From the human T2T-CHM13v2.0 reference genome, Homo sapiens, in assembly GCF_009914755.1 (NCBI RefSeq), contig NC_060926.1: 64,000 bases of DNA. One strand, 5' to 3'. A program made the translations under genes and the position numbers. Shown in pieces: positions 51,530-64,000 of the stretch. The notes beneath the pieces are model-generated. The model searched no databases. It was not told the origin of the DNA and saw only the letters and a program-made list of their open reading frames with translations. Numbering within the stretch: the stretch's first letter is position 1; each line of letters opens with the position of its first letter.

Positions 51530-51690
51530 TTATAAGGATATATAGATCAATTGAATAGAATTCAGAGTCTAAAACTAAACCCTCACATTTACAGTCAATC
51601 AATTTTTCACAAAGGTGCCAAGACAATTCAATGGGAAAGAATTGTCTTTTCAACAAATGATGCTGAGACAGCTAGATATCCATATGTAAA
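51530..51690 (+). mobile_element. L1M ORF2 fragment
   Basis: aaaggtgccaagacaattcaatgggaaagaattgtcttttcaacaaatgatgctg. Confidence 0.75.
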
Positions 51691-52497
51691 ATTTGCCATT
51701 ATTACATAACATCAGAATGTGATTTTATCACATGTCTTAGAAGATATTTTCACTTGGATTCCAGCAGTTCTATTGCTTTTTAAAAAATTTCTCAATTAGG
51801 TGATTATTCTTTGTGAGTTATTATATAACTTCAGGTAGTATATTTTATCCAGCTGAGAGGAAAAGTGTATTACTTACACTTTTCTGTATTGTCATTGGTA
51901 TTATGAAAGAAGTCAACATCAGAGAATGCTATAGTAAAGTCATCTTCATCATTTTCTATTACTAAATAAAATACATTTAAACAAATTAGGATAAAAATAT
52001 AAGTTAATCAGTTGATTCTTAGGTTCAACTGAGTCAATTTACTCTGGATTGTGTGAGCACAAGATCTCATTCATCTTTGTATTATCATTGGTAATCAAGG
52101 AATGCTCAATATGCTGTGAAATGTCAAAAAAAGAAGGTGGTAGGGAAGCCTCTTGAAGAAAATAGGATTCAAACGATTTGTTAGCAAGTTGGTAGAAAAT
52201 AGATTAGTATAAATATTTTTATCACAAAACATCTCAATTCCTTTTAAAATTGTATGTTTATATTTTATTCTGTACATTGTCTCAAGTAAATAAGTCTAAA
52301 AGTTTACTTTCTAGTGCAAGGAGTTAGTTTTACTTATGTGAAACTATCTATGACTAGCACCAGTTTTCAAATGGAGACACCTGGTTTTCCACAATCTGGG
52401 GTCTACTGAGCAAATCTCTGAACTTCCATTTTAATCTCTTTCTAGTCCACCAACCTCCTGTCTTCATCTTTGTCAAAGGATAAAAAATCTTTTTCCC

Positions 52498-53423
52498 TTT
52501 TTGCAATCCACCCATCTGACCGAGGTCTAATATAGAGAATTTACAAGGAACTTAAACATATTTACTAGAAAAAAGCAAATAACCCATATCCAAAAGTGGG
52601 TAAAGGATATGAACAGACACTTCTCAAAAGAAGACACTTACATGGCCAAATACATGAAAAAAAGCTCAACATCACTGATCATGAGAGAAATGCAAATCAA
52701 AACCACAGTGTGATACCATCTCATGATAGTCAGAATAGTGATTATTAAAAAGTCAAGAAACAATAGATGCTGGCGAGGCTGTGGAGAAATAGGAAAGCTT
52801 TTAAACTGTTGGGGGGAATGTAAATTAGCTCAGCCATTGTGGAAGACAGTGTATGGTGATTCCTCCAGGATCTAGAACCAGAAATACCATTCAACCCAGC
52901 AATCCCATTACTGGGCATATACCCAAAGGAATATAAATTGTTCTACTATAAAGACACATGCATACATAGGTTTATTGCAGCACTTATTTACACTAGCAAA
53001 GACATGGAACCAACCCAAATGGTAGACTGGATAAAGAAAAGCAATGATAGACTGGATAAAGAAAACGTGGTACATATACATCATGGAATACTATGCAGCC
53101 ATAAAAAGGAATGTGATCATGTCCTTTGCTGGGACATGGATGAAGCTGGGAGACATCATCCTCAGCAAACTAACACATGAGCAGAAAACCAGACACCGCA
53201 TGTTCTCACTCATAAGTGAGAGTTGAACGTTGAGAACACATGGACACAGAGAGGGGAACATCACACACCAAGGTGTGTGGTGGGTGGGGAGTGAGGGAAG
53301 GGAACTTAGAGAATGGGTTAATAGGTGCAGCAAACCACCATGGCACCATATACCTATGTAACAAACCTGCATGTTCTGAACATGCATCCAGGTTTGTTTC
53401 CTTTTTTTTTAGAATAAAAAAAA
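52498..53423 (+). mobile_element. 5'-truncated L1PA8-like element
   Basis: ORF2 C-terminus (IDWIKK..YYAAIK) and 3' UTR; TSD aaaaaatcttttt/cccc at 52482 and about 53419. Confidence 0.93.
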
Positions 53424-54263
53424 ATCTTTTCCCCTTCCTTCCTCATTTTCTCTTCCACCATTCTACTCCCCTGCCACAATTATTAACTTCCACATGACAC
53501 ATGTCTAGCACAATCCTTTAATATATCATCGAGCCATCAAAATCAAAATGATTCCTATTTAAATTACATAAACAAAAATCCATCTGTATAAACAAGTGTG
53601 TTTCTGCTTCTTGCAGGTGGGGATAGCATCTTTTTCGTCTTTATATTTCCAATCCCATCACCTAGTTGCTCAATAAACCTTTGTTGAGTTCAGCTGACTG
53701 GCATTATTCATTATACAGAAGGGTTTCTTACGAGTAATGTTATCTCTTCTAGTGAACTTATAATTTGTAAAAATGTATATAGTCATATTAACTAATATCT
53801 TATGAAAAAAAGCTTTTACCCATAATTTTCTTCACACCAATAATAAAAGCTCATAATATCTCGCTAGGCAAATTCATGTTTATTTATTCAGTTTATTTTG
53901 TACCATGCATTTTTAAGAACCCCCAAGCAGTTACTGTGGGTAGTTGTGATTCATTCATTTGCACTAATGAGTAGTACTACACTGCATAATACAGTTGATC
54001 TGTTTCACTTTTATAAAAATTTGTATCATTACCAGTTTTTGCCTATTAGGATAAATGTTGCTGCTAATATTTAGATCCATACAACCTGGTGCACATAAAA
54101 ACACACGTACACTTAGGAATTAAATTGGTGGGTCATAGGATAATTACCTTTAATTTTATTGGATAATTATCACATGGTTTTCCAGGATTGAACCAATTTA
54201 AACCTTCTCTAACAACATGTGATACTTATTGTCACTCCAAAGAGTCTTTAATATTTGATTTTA

Positions 54264-54585
<322 letters not shown>

Positions 54586-54725
54586 AAATATATATATCAA
54601 ATATATATATTTTACTAAAATAAAACCTTTAAAAAACACATGTCAATCTAAAGTAAATATATATATCAAATATATATATATTTTACTAAAATAAAACGTT
54701 TAAAAAATACATGTCAATCTAAAGT
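54586..54725. repeat. ~70-bp tandem duplication beside the AluJ end
   Basis: aaatatatatatcaaatatatatattttactaaaataaaac..tgtcaatctaaagt x2. Confidence 0.95.
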
Positions 54726-56399
54726 AAATATAGTGCTAGCATATTTTGGTTCATTTTGAAGTTTCTTATAAGTTAGTAAGTTTGCTAGTTTTTCAAGAAT
54801 AACTGATCTTCTTGTGTCCACCTCCATAGTAGCTGGGACTACAGGCACAGGCCACCATGCTTGTATTGAAATAACTTTATGTTGACCATTTGTGTTTTCT
54901 CTTACATGAAATTCCTGTTTAATTATTTTGTCTATTTTACTGCGGGGCTGATTTTCATTTCAGGATTTATTTGTGGGATTTCCTTATATATTCTATAAAT
55001 GAATGCTTTTTATTAAATACGCAACAAATAATTTCCTTTTATCATGGTATGGCTCGCCTTTTTACTTAATGTTGTGGTTTTTAAATATATGTTCTTAATT
55101 TTAATTAAATAAAATTTATAATATTTTTCTTTATGAAATGTTTTCTATGCTGAATTAAAACATCCTTACTCCAAGTTTACAAAATAATCACTTCTATCAT
55201 CTACCAATACCTAAATTATTATGCCATTTACAAACCAGCTAGACTTAACTTTTGTGTATGGTTTAAGATAGGGGTAAAGTTATATTATTTTTCATCATAT
55301 GGAAATACAATTGTATCATAATAATTTATTGAAAACTAAGAATACGGTGTCTTGTAATAATAAGAAGTGTGAAAAAGGTGAATAAGTCAATGTATCAAAT
55401 TATGTTGCTATGTAAGACAACATGGAGACAGAATTTGTCATTTGTGGATGACATCATGAAAAGAAAAATACCTCTGAACTAAGAACAAAGATCATATTTG
55501 GGAGTTAATTTCCTGTGTTTTCATTTCTCTGATACTCCATAAATGGTGTATATGTGATTATGGTGTCAAGGGTAGAAAATGAAGACACTGATGTAAAAAA
55601 AAAGATCATGAGACATTTGGAGAGGCAATATAAGCTAAATAGGATTTGACAAAATGTAATATTTTTACCTGAACTTGAATTCATAGCAGGTACTCTTGAA
55701 TCATCTGCAGGGACTGAAACGTTAAGAAAGCTTTTTGCAAATCTGTAAACTAAAATTAGCAGTTGTCATTACGTATAATATTACTTAGAGGCCTTGCTTA
55801 CTAAAATGGGTATGGGGAAAGGAGGCTCCAAGTACTGGGTAAAAACTAATACCTATAAAATTACCACTTGATTGATAAATGTACTGATGATTATAAAGAT
55901 ATTTAGTCATTATGTATTTTTAAGCTGTAAGGATCTATTATTTAGGTGATAAATTATTTGGCACTATTTCATTAGTATCTGTGACTATAACACTACAAGG
56001 GGAGAAAAATATTTTAGGCAAAAGACAAGACATGTTAAACCAGTGGGAGATAATACCATTTGAAGGCAACCCCTGGAAAGCAGATACAATGAAAAAAGTA
56101 ACCCTGGAGCTCAAGTTATTTTATGGAGCTTAGCTTTTACCAAAACCTACAGGGAACTACTGATTTTGACCCAATGATCTCTTGTGTTAAGATGCTGGCT
56201 GAAATGCAATACTACTCAAACACCCACCGAGAAATAATATTATTCCCATTTTTCATCCTTCTATTCAGCCCTGTGTTATGTATGACCTATGCAATTTCTC
56301 TGCTTGAAGATTTCCTGTAGCATGGTGGAAAATGATGTACTTAGCTAATCTTAGAGATCTTGTTCACTCTCTTCCCTCCATTATGAAATAATGCCCCCA

Positions 56400-56870
56400 A
56401 GAAAAAAACATTTGAGCAGTCCAATGGATGTATCTCTCCAGAGATTCAAGTAGAGATCTCGGTTAAATATACAGATATGGGAGCTACCAACCCTAAAAAA
56501 TAGTATACCTTGGAATACATAAGCTCTTCCAGGCAGAATATAGAATAAGACTAGAGAAGAATTAAGAATACAACTCTGAATAGGGAATATTTACTTTTAA
56601 GATTTTGGTAGGTTTTGAGTTTTTAGCCCATAATGGAGCTAGAGAACTAGAAAAAAACAAGATAGCATGGTGTTAAAAAAGAAAACATATCAAATTGCTT
56701 TAGGTATTCCATAAGGATTCGAAGAATATGAGGAGGCAAAGTGTGAACTGGGAATGAGAAATTTCAAGAAAGCAGTAGGATATTAGCCATGAAGCAATGA
56801 GTAAAAGAGTAGAACAGGAAAATATCAAGATGGGGAAGGTAAGAATGGCATCAAGGAAACAGGTTTAGCC
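56400..56870 (-). mobile_element. L2 internal fragment
   Basis: gagattcaagtagagatctcggttaaatatacagatatgggagc resembles L2. Confidence 0.4.
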
Positions 56871-57842
56871 CATCAATAGAAGTTATCTCTTTGGGAGTAC
56901 ATGGTCAGGAAAAGAAGACACACATCAAGGAGAGAAAGAAAAATGGGAACAGAGGGGATAAAAAGAGAAAATATAATTAAAGCTCTCATTTTGACTGCAG
57001 AGGTTAGAAAATATCACCCTCAAAATAAGGCCCATTCCTACATCCTTTGCTACTGTTCTTGGCATCTTATTTATAACCCACTTTAAGAGTAGGTAGTATG
57101 TGAATGATTGTTAAATTTAAGAATATCTCCTTTGCTCCATTGATTGGGTCATAAATTGACATCAGCTTTTTTCTTGGCTGATAATCAGCCTTATGCTTCC
57201 TTTTGCTAATTCTATAGAGAAAAGTACTATGATGTATTATTGCACAACATACACAGAAACACACATGTGAATTTAATTTTATATATCTATGTTCAGTGGA
57301 AAGGAGATTTAAAGATGCAGTGGACGTGTTCCTCAATTTCATTTGGTTATATTAGAAATAAATCCACAACATATGAATTATTTCTAAATATAATAGGAAC
57401 TATTTTCAAAGTGTGTTTTTTTCCACAGTTTAGATTTGCTTGGGGGAGAAAAGTTAGTGAAATAATTGATGGATACATTCTTAAGTAGAAAAGCTTTATG
57501 TCCCTTACCAACTCAGTTTCTCAAATATTATAACCACTTTATATTTACCTTCCCACTTTCCTCCAAAGTACTTGCTAACAAAATTTTTATTTGCATTAGA
57601 AAAATCCATTAGAACTTAAAATAAGCATAAGTTCAATCAATTTGTTAACTAGTAAATAAAGTTCACCAAATGTTTCTCATATTGTAATGCTTTAATTAAG
57701 ACAGAGTACTTAGATTAAAATTAAAATTGAAAAAATCCTTGAGTTCTAGGTAAACCTTTTTCAGTTAAGAAAGCCTAATAAATGCACCAAGACATCATGT
57801 TATCTCAATAGCAAGCTAAGTTTAACACATACATTATTTTTT

Positions 57843-57952
57843 TTTGTTGTCTCTATTGATTTTTGATTTGTTGTCTCTATTGCTCCTAAATCATATATAT
57901 TTCCTGCTTTTTGTTGTCTCTATTGCTCCTAAGTCATATATATTTCCTGCTT
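57843..57952. repeat. 43-bp tandem duplication plus a partial third copy
   Basis: tttgttgtctctattgctcctaa(a/g)tcatatatatttcctgctt x2. Confidence 0.95.
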
Positions 57953-58550
57953 TTTGAAAGTGGATCTGGGCCCTTTAAATATTTTTCTTTTGCCAGAAGG
58001 CACAATTCCAAGCTTTGCCAATAGATGGTGATGGGAAGAATTTGCAGGAAGAAAAGGTTTTGCTTTCTGGCTTTGGTTTTCACTCATTGAATTCCTGCTG
58101 TGCATAGCAATCAGTAGCCATGCTACTGGCTACTAGGGATACCATTCCTTGGGAAAACTTGTAGTAAAATGCCTCCAGTGAAACATCATAAACAACTTGC
58201 TGCATATCCAGGCAGGTGGCTTTTGCAGTTTCACTGGTGCAGTATTCAGAGACTTCTATGCCATTTAGTAGGCTATGGCTATTTATTTGCAACAAGATCT
58301 AGATCTCAGCTCAGAAGGGCTGAGTTAATTTCCTGTATTTTCGTTTCCCTGAAATACAGGGAAATAATCCCTATATTGTTTGATCCTTATATTTGATGTT
58401 CCTGTATTTTTTTAAGTTCTCTGTATTTATTACTAGTCAATCTCTCATGACTTCAATACCCTGTTGTAATTAATTGTTCTTTATATTAAATTTCTTCTGT
58501 TCAAATTACTATGTAGCTTCCCTCTCTTGTTTGGATCCAGATTCTCAGAC
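57910..58550 (+). mobile_element. LTR41-like ERVL LTR
   Basis: ttttgccag..tttgccaatag near the 5' end; tttatattaaatttcttctgttcaaattact 3' motif. Confidence 0.55.
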
Positions 58551-59699
58551 TTTCCATGCTATAATTATGTAAAGTCTGCTTTGGGCTGATCAGTTTCTGT
58601 AGAGATGGTTTAATATCTCCTGAACAAAACCACTCACATTGTCTTTATGTAGAGAGCACAGGTGTTCAATTTGTTTTTTTTTTTTTTTAGATAGGTATGG
58701 ATTTTCTTAGGCTTCAGTGTTAGCTCTGGGCTTTACAACACATTTCAATCCACTGCTGGCTCCTCACAGAAAGGTAATGGAAGCCCAAGATTTTTCTTGA
58801 ATTCTGACTCTGCTTTGCATAGTCTAGCACTGTAGTAATGTAGTAATGGCTGCTTCCACCATTTAGATAAACACTGTTTGTTTTTTCCTTAAGAAAAGTG
58901 TTTAGTGAAAAAAATGGCAGAATAATTAATGGGTAAGAAATTGTTAATTTACGCTAAGTGGTAGCAATTTGGGAAATAACTGCCAAAAGAGTATTACCCA
59001 GAGAAAAAGTTGAATGCAAATACATATGAGTCATAATAGAAGAGGTGTTAGAGAAAATTAAACAGTTGTGATTTTGTGTGGTTTCAAAGCCATACTCACT
59101 ATCCTCTTATCAGCCATGCTAGTTAGAGGTTCAGAGGAATGCTATTTGGAGAATGAGAAACTTCATGTTAGGCAAAACAGATTAAAAGAAATGAAAAATT
59201 CTATACTTTTTACACTCAAAACTTTATTAAAATCTCTTGCATTGGTAACTGTTATGCCTTCAGTCACTAGGCCCAAGGTAATGCATAACTGAGAATCAGT
59301 TATTTGCAAGACAGCAATGTTCAAGAAAATTAGGATAACAATTTAGGCAAATGAGAAATATAATACAAATATCTGGAGTCAGCTTGTGAAAAACTAGGGA
59401 TCAATTATACTTCAAACAGATATATAATATCATGAACCTAGAGTTACTTCTCTAATATTAGAGTCCATGGTATTATTAAACAGAGACATGCTACCTATAC
59501 AAAAAAGGTGGAGTGACCAATATGTCCTTATCCATTATATTGCTTAGATTCTCCATTTTCTTTTCTTGTTTATTTGTTGGTTGGTTGGTTTTTTCATATA
59601 TGATCTATCAAAGAATAAAATTGTTATGAGACGATATTTAAATTTTCCTTTTGCCAATTTCTCTGTGTGAGTTTAAAGTAGAGGATATTGGCCAACTAT

Positions 59700-59920
59700 A
59701 GGGCTTTGAGATGTTACAAACCTAGCTTTGAATCCCAGTTCTGTAATTTAATAGGTGTTTGAACTTGGTCAAATCACAAAACTTCTTTTTTTTTTTTGCA
59801 AAATAGAATAATAAAACCTACCTCTAGTTTTTGTTGCATGGATTCAATCAGAATATTTGTATAACCTTTAATTTAGTTTAGTTCTACATCACAGAAACTC
59901 AACAAATGTCTTCTATCATT
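59700..59920 (+). mobile_element. MIR
   Basis: tttgaatcccagttctg..aacttggtcaaatcac..aaaatagaataataaaacctacctc. Confidence 0.7.
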
Positions 59921-60390
59921 GTCAAAAATATTACTAGTTAACATTGCTTCACTTAATTACATGATCTTCATTGTATAGGGAATCACTTGGTTTTGACACC
60001 TTCTCTGTGGATTTTGCCTTTTTGCAATATAAATTGAAAAATACATATGCTTAATGTTCCTATCTAGAATAATAAGGGTATCCTACATTATTTCATCTTT
60101 TTGACAAATGCATTTTTGCATTATCCATTTTAGTTTTAATATTGCAGTACTATTTTGCTTTTGTTATTGTGTAAAGCATTACATTAGGTGATTTTCTTTT
60201 GTGTTACTCTTATTGAGAGTTCTTTTCAAAATAATTTTTATTACAACAGATCTGTTTGGCTCCAATTTAGTTATTTTGTTTTATGCTTTTTGATTAACAT
60301 CCTTCTATCTGTTAAATTTTTATATTCTATTCATTTTTCAATTTAATGAGGTGTTTTTATTTCCTCTTGTGATTTAAAAGTAATATTTTC

Positions 60391-60671
60391 GGCCGGGCGC
60401 GGTGGCTCACGCCTGTAATCCCAGCACTTTGGGAGGCCGAGGCGGGCGGATCACGAGGTCAGGAGATCGAGACCATCCCGGCTAAAACAGTGAAACCCCG
60501 TCTCTACTAAAAATACAAAAAATTAGCCGGGCGTAGTGGCGGGCGCCTGTAGTCCCAGCTACTTGGGAGGCTGAGGCAGGAGAATGGCGTGAACCCGGGA
60601 GGCGGAGATCCCGCCACTGCACTCCAGCGTGGGCGACAGAGCGAGACTCCGTCTCAAAAAAAAAAAAAAAA
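60391..60671 (+). mobile_element. AluYa5 (human-specific) with a 16-nt internal deletion
   Basis: Diagnostics catcccggctaaaac, gcgtagtgg, ctacttggg, gatcccgcc; perfect TSD aaaagtaatattttc. Confidence 0.97.
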
Positions 60672-63465
60672 GTAATATTTTCTGTCCATCTAAAGGAACT
60701 ATTATACTTAGAAGAAATATATTTAAATCTTCTGTTCTCTAATTATTGTTTATGAGTGAAACTGTACCTAGAATAAGAAATAGTGAAAATTAGCATAATT
60801 TTCTTTTTCTCACCCTCGCTTACTACCCCACACACATCTAAACAGAAATACACATACATTTCACATAATTTAAACCCAAATATTTGCTAAAATATTGTAT
60901 TACAGAAACTATATTCTAGGTGATTTTTGTCTTATTGTATTTCTTGGCCTATCAATGTGAGCCTTTGAAAAAAAAGAATGTGATCCTTAAGCATGTACTG
61001 TATTTATTACAGAAAAGCCTTCCCACATAACCACTTCATAAATTGATCTTCAAAAACCCATGAACACAAAAAGAATAACAGTCTAGAATATAATATTCAA
61101 TTAATTAAAATCACCTGGGAATGAAAGCCTAGTTCGCACAATCTATTTGCACAATTATAAACTATAAAAACATTTATACATTGAGTATTAGCATATTCCC
61201 CATTACTGCCTCTCTAACATTAGTTATTTCACTCTACTTTTGCTGGAATTAGATGACAGTAAATTCCTAATTAATCCGTAGAATGAGTAGCTATACACAT
61301 GTTTGCGTATTGTAGTGAACCTAATTTCAAAGACGTTCTGCTATAAAAATCAAAACGATTTACCTGTCATATAGAGGGGTCTGGACAAATCTGCAGAAGC
61401 TATTAATGATGGCTGGATTTAAAGTCATAGCATTTGGTGAAATCACAGTTCAGGGTAAATTAAGAAAAGTAATTTAACAGAACTGTAAGTAGACGCTTGA
61501 GGGACACACACATTTAGAGATTCCAGACAAAACAGTCAAATATGAATTAGAGAGTTAATGCCATATGATGTTACAGAAGCCAGAAGCAAGCACTTCAGAT
61601 GTAGCGGAATTCAACAGGAATTAACAGAGCACTTAGAAATAAAAATAGAATTAAGAAATAAGGTATTTCTGATTATCCTACTGAGTTAATTCTCTAAAGA
61701 GTTAAGGTATAACTTTGGCAAATGAAAGTTGGTAATGGGTATAGATTACGCACTCTGAGCTTTTGGTATTATAGGAAAGAAGAAAAAATTATGAGTTGCT
61801 TGAAATAGTACTTGACTTACTTAGTTCTTTTATGAAAGTCATGGAGATCCCTAAATACTTAAAGTTTTGTGCTAAGGGACATATGCAAGTTGTAAAGAAA
61901 TTTGACATAAGCAAAAAAAAATTACTTAAAACCACCAATGCTAAACTATGTATTCTTTATTACTCTTCTAGGTTATTTGATTCTAGGACTTTATTGCTTT
62001 TGTGCTATTATACTACTTTGTAAGTTATAGATGTTAATAACTGAAAAAATATAAAATTATTATGGTATAGACATGAAAATAAATTATTTCCAGTGGAGGT
62101 TCAATTAACTTTCCTTCCTCAATATAAAAGAATCAAATTTTGCCTTAATTTGCACATTCGTTTTACTATTTCTGATTGAAAAATGTCATTTTGTTTAGGT
62201 TGTCCATTGAATTGGTTATAATACCTTATTAGCTTCCTCATTAACAGTAAGTTAAACAAAATCTTTAACACACGTTGATTTTATATCTGCCTGTCTCATG
62301 ATTTTACTTTTGATTATTTAATAAAATGGAAAAGCAAATAATAACAATACTAATGAAAATGGTTATTAAGAGCTACTCACTATTACACATGAACAAACTC
62401 CCTTAATTCCAAGCTAGACCCCATACCACTGAATTTCTGCCATCTGGTGAACTTTAATGCAATTGTTCTAAGCCTTTTTTTTTTCTTTTTTTTTTTCTTT
62501 TTTTTCCCTTGAGGCCTAGAACCCACTCTAAAAAGCAAGATTATTTTTCTTTGTACCGAGCCCTCAAACTGGAACATCAAAAACTGACGGGGTTATAAAT
62601 GTTTCCAAGAATAAAACACAGACAGCCTAATGATTTAGTAAGCAAGAAAGAGAATGTGTAGATGAAAATAAGTCTTACATATATTCTTACTGTGATAATT
62701 TAATCAAAGTAAATATCACTCCTGAAATGGAGCCCTAAGAAAGGGCTATGTTAAAGTTTTTTTGGCTAAATCATCACTCAAAATTTTTTGAAATAAAAGA
62801 AATTTGTGTGAGGCCAGCAAAATATTGTTTTTTATTTAAATATTGTTATATTACTCCTATCTACAAACAATTCTGTTTCCTTTAAATGTAGAAGTTATAG
62901 GACTGCATTCCTATTTCAATTCTGTAAGTTACTTTTGAGATAGTAACGGATTGTTAGAAATAATATGATATAAAGTATGAAAGAATTAATTACATGATAT
63001 CTTTTCCTCATTTCCTTCAGAAGTCTGTATTGCCTGTCTAAAGTACTATTCATTATTTTATGAAAGTTGAAGAAAAATTCAAAATGTTTTATTATTCATT
63101 CTGATATGTGAATATGAAATATGCTTTATCTGTCTCATTATTTGTTAAATTGAAATTTTAGGGGGAAATACTCTGTAATACTTTTGAAATGAGAGTGTTT
63201 CATAGAGAAGTAGGAAAAGATATATTATGAACAGAAACTAAAGCATTCTGTTGTACTTAACAAGGCTCAATGAAAGATAAATACTATACATATGTACTAA
63301 TAATATAGTCAATGGCTTGTTTAATTTGAATTCAAAAATGAATATTTACATATTGCACTCTAGCACTTTCGCACATGTCATATACTAAGAATGATAGTGA
63401 AAACTAGAATATGTACAGATGAACTAAAATAGAAGCCATCTAATAGTAAAGCAGCTACGGAAATA

Positions 63466-64000
63466 AGGCACACATTGTTATACGGTGCTTCACTTTATTG
63501 TAATTCGCAGATACTGCATTTTTTCACGATCGAAGGCTTGTTATAGCCCTATATCAAGTAAGTCAGCCAGTGCCAATTTTCCAACAGCATGTGCTCACTC
63601 TGTTCTCTGTATCACATTTTGGTAATTCTCACAACATTTTAAACATTTTCATTATTATATCAGTTATGATGATCTGTGATCAGTAATCTCTGATGTTACT
63701 ATTGTAATTGTTTTGGGATGCCATGGATGGTGCCCATATAAAAAAGTGAGTTTAATCAATAAATATCCCATCTGTTCTTACTGCTCTACCAACCAGCCAT
63801 TCCTCCATCTCTCTCCTCTTCAGGTCCCTCTATTTTCTGAGACACAACAATGTTGAATTAGGCCAAGTAACAACCTTAAAATGGCTTCTAAATGTTCAAT
63901 TAAAAGGAAAAGTCACACATCTCTCACTTCGAATCAAAAGCTAGAAATGATTAACATTCATGAGGAAGGCATGTCAAAAGCCAAGATAGGCTAAAAACTA
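63466..64000 (+). mobile_element. Tigger1 5' portion with disrupted transposase start (runs off window)
   Basis: ATG at 63881 reads MASKCSIKRKSHTSLTSNQKLEMINIHEEGMSKAKIG*, matching the Tigger1 transposase N-terminus. Confidence 0.93.

Noticed and set aside
61796-62023. 75-aa plus-strand ORF
   Set aside because: Low-complexity AT-rich translation, non-ATG start, no family resemblance.
63881-64000. Tigger1 transposase as a domesticated TIGD gene
   Set aside because: In-frame stop after 37 codons and evident neutral decay.

Overview
Human genomic DNA (human-specific AluYb8 and AluYa5 are present), AT-rich and dominated by interspersed repeats. It holds a full-length, disabled L1PA7-like element, three other primate L1 pieces, older L1M/L2/MIR, about 15 Alus, ERV1/ERVL/MaLR LTRs, an ERVL pro-pol fragment and Tigger/MER DNA transposons. 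I recognise no known cellular gene, and the long ORFs in the track are L1 ORF1/ORF2 debris or repeat-derived. The best non-routine signals are: (1) a duplicated ~240-bp unique segment whose two copies each carry an indel-free 69-nt AG/GT-bounded minus-strand segment, joining neighbouring candidate exons into an open Lys/Arg-rich frame (possible unannotated or pseudogenised micro-exon gene); (2) a retroposed 22-nt 5' tRNA-Glu fragment with A-rich tail and 17-bp TSD; (3) an AluYb8 inserted into the target-site duplication of an older Alu; (4) a deletion-plus-microinversion scar joining L1PB and ERVL; (5) several templated-insertion and foldback repair scars. Repeat subfamily names come from recalled consensus sequences and need RepeatMasker/Dfam confirmation. 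Boundaries of old repeats are approximate.
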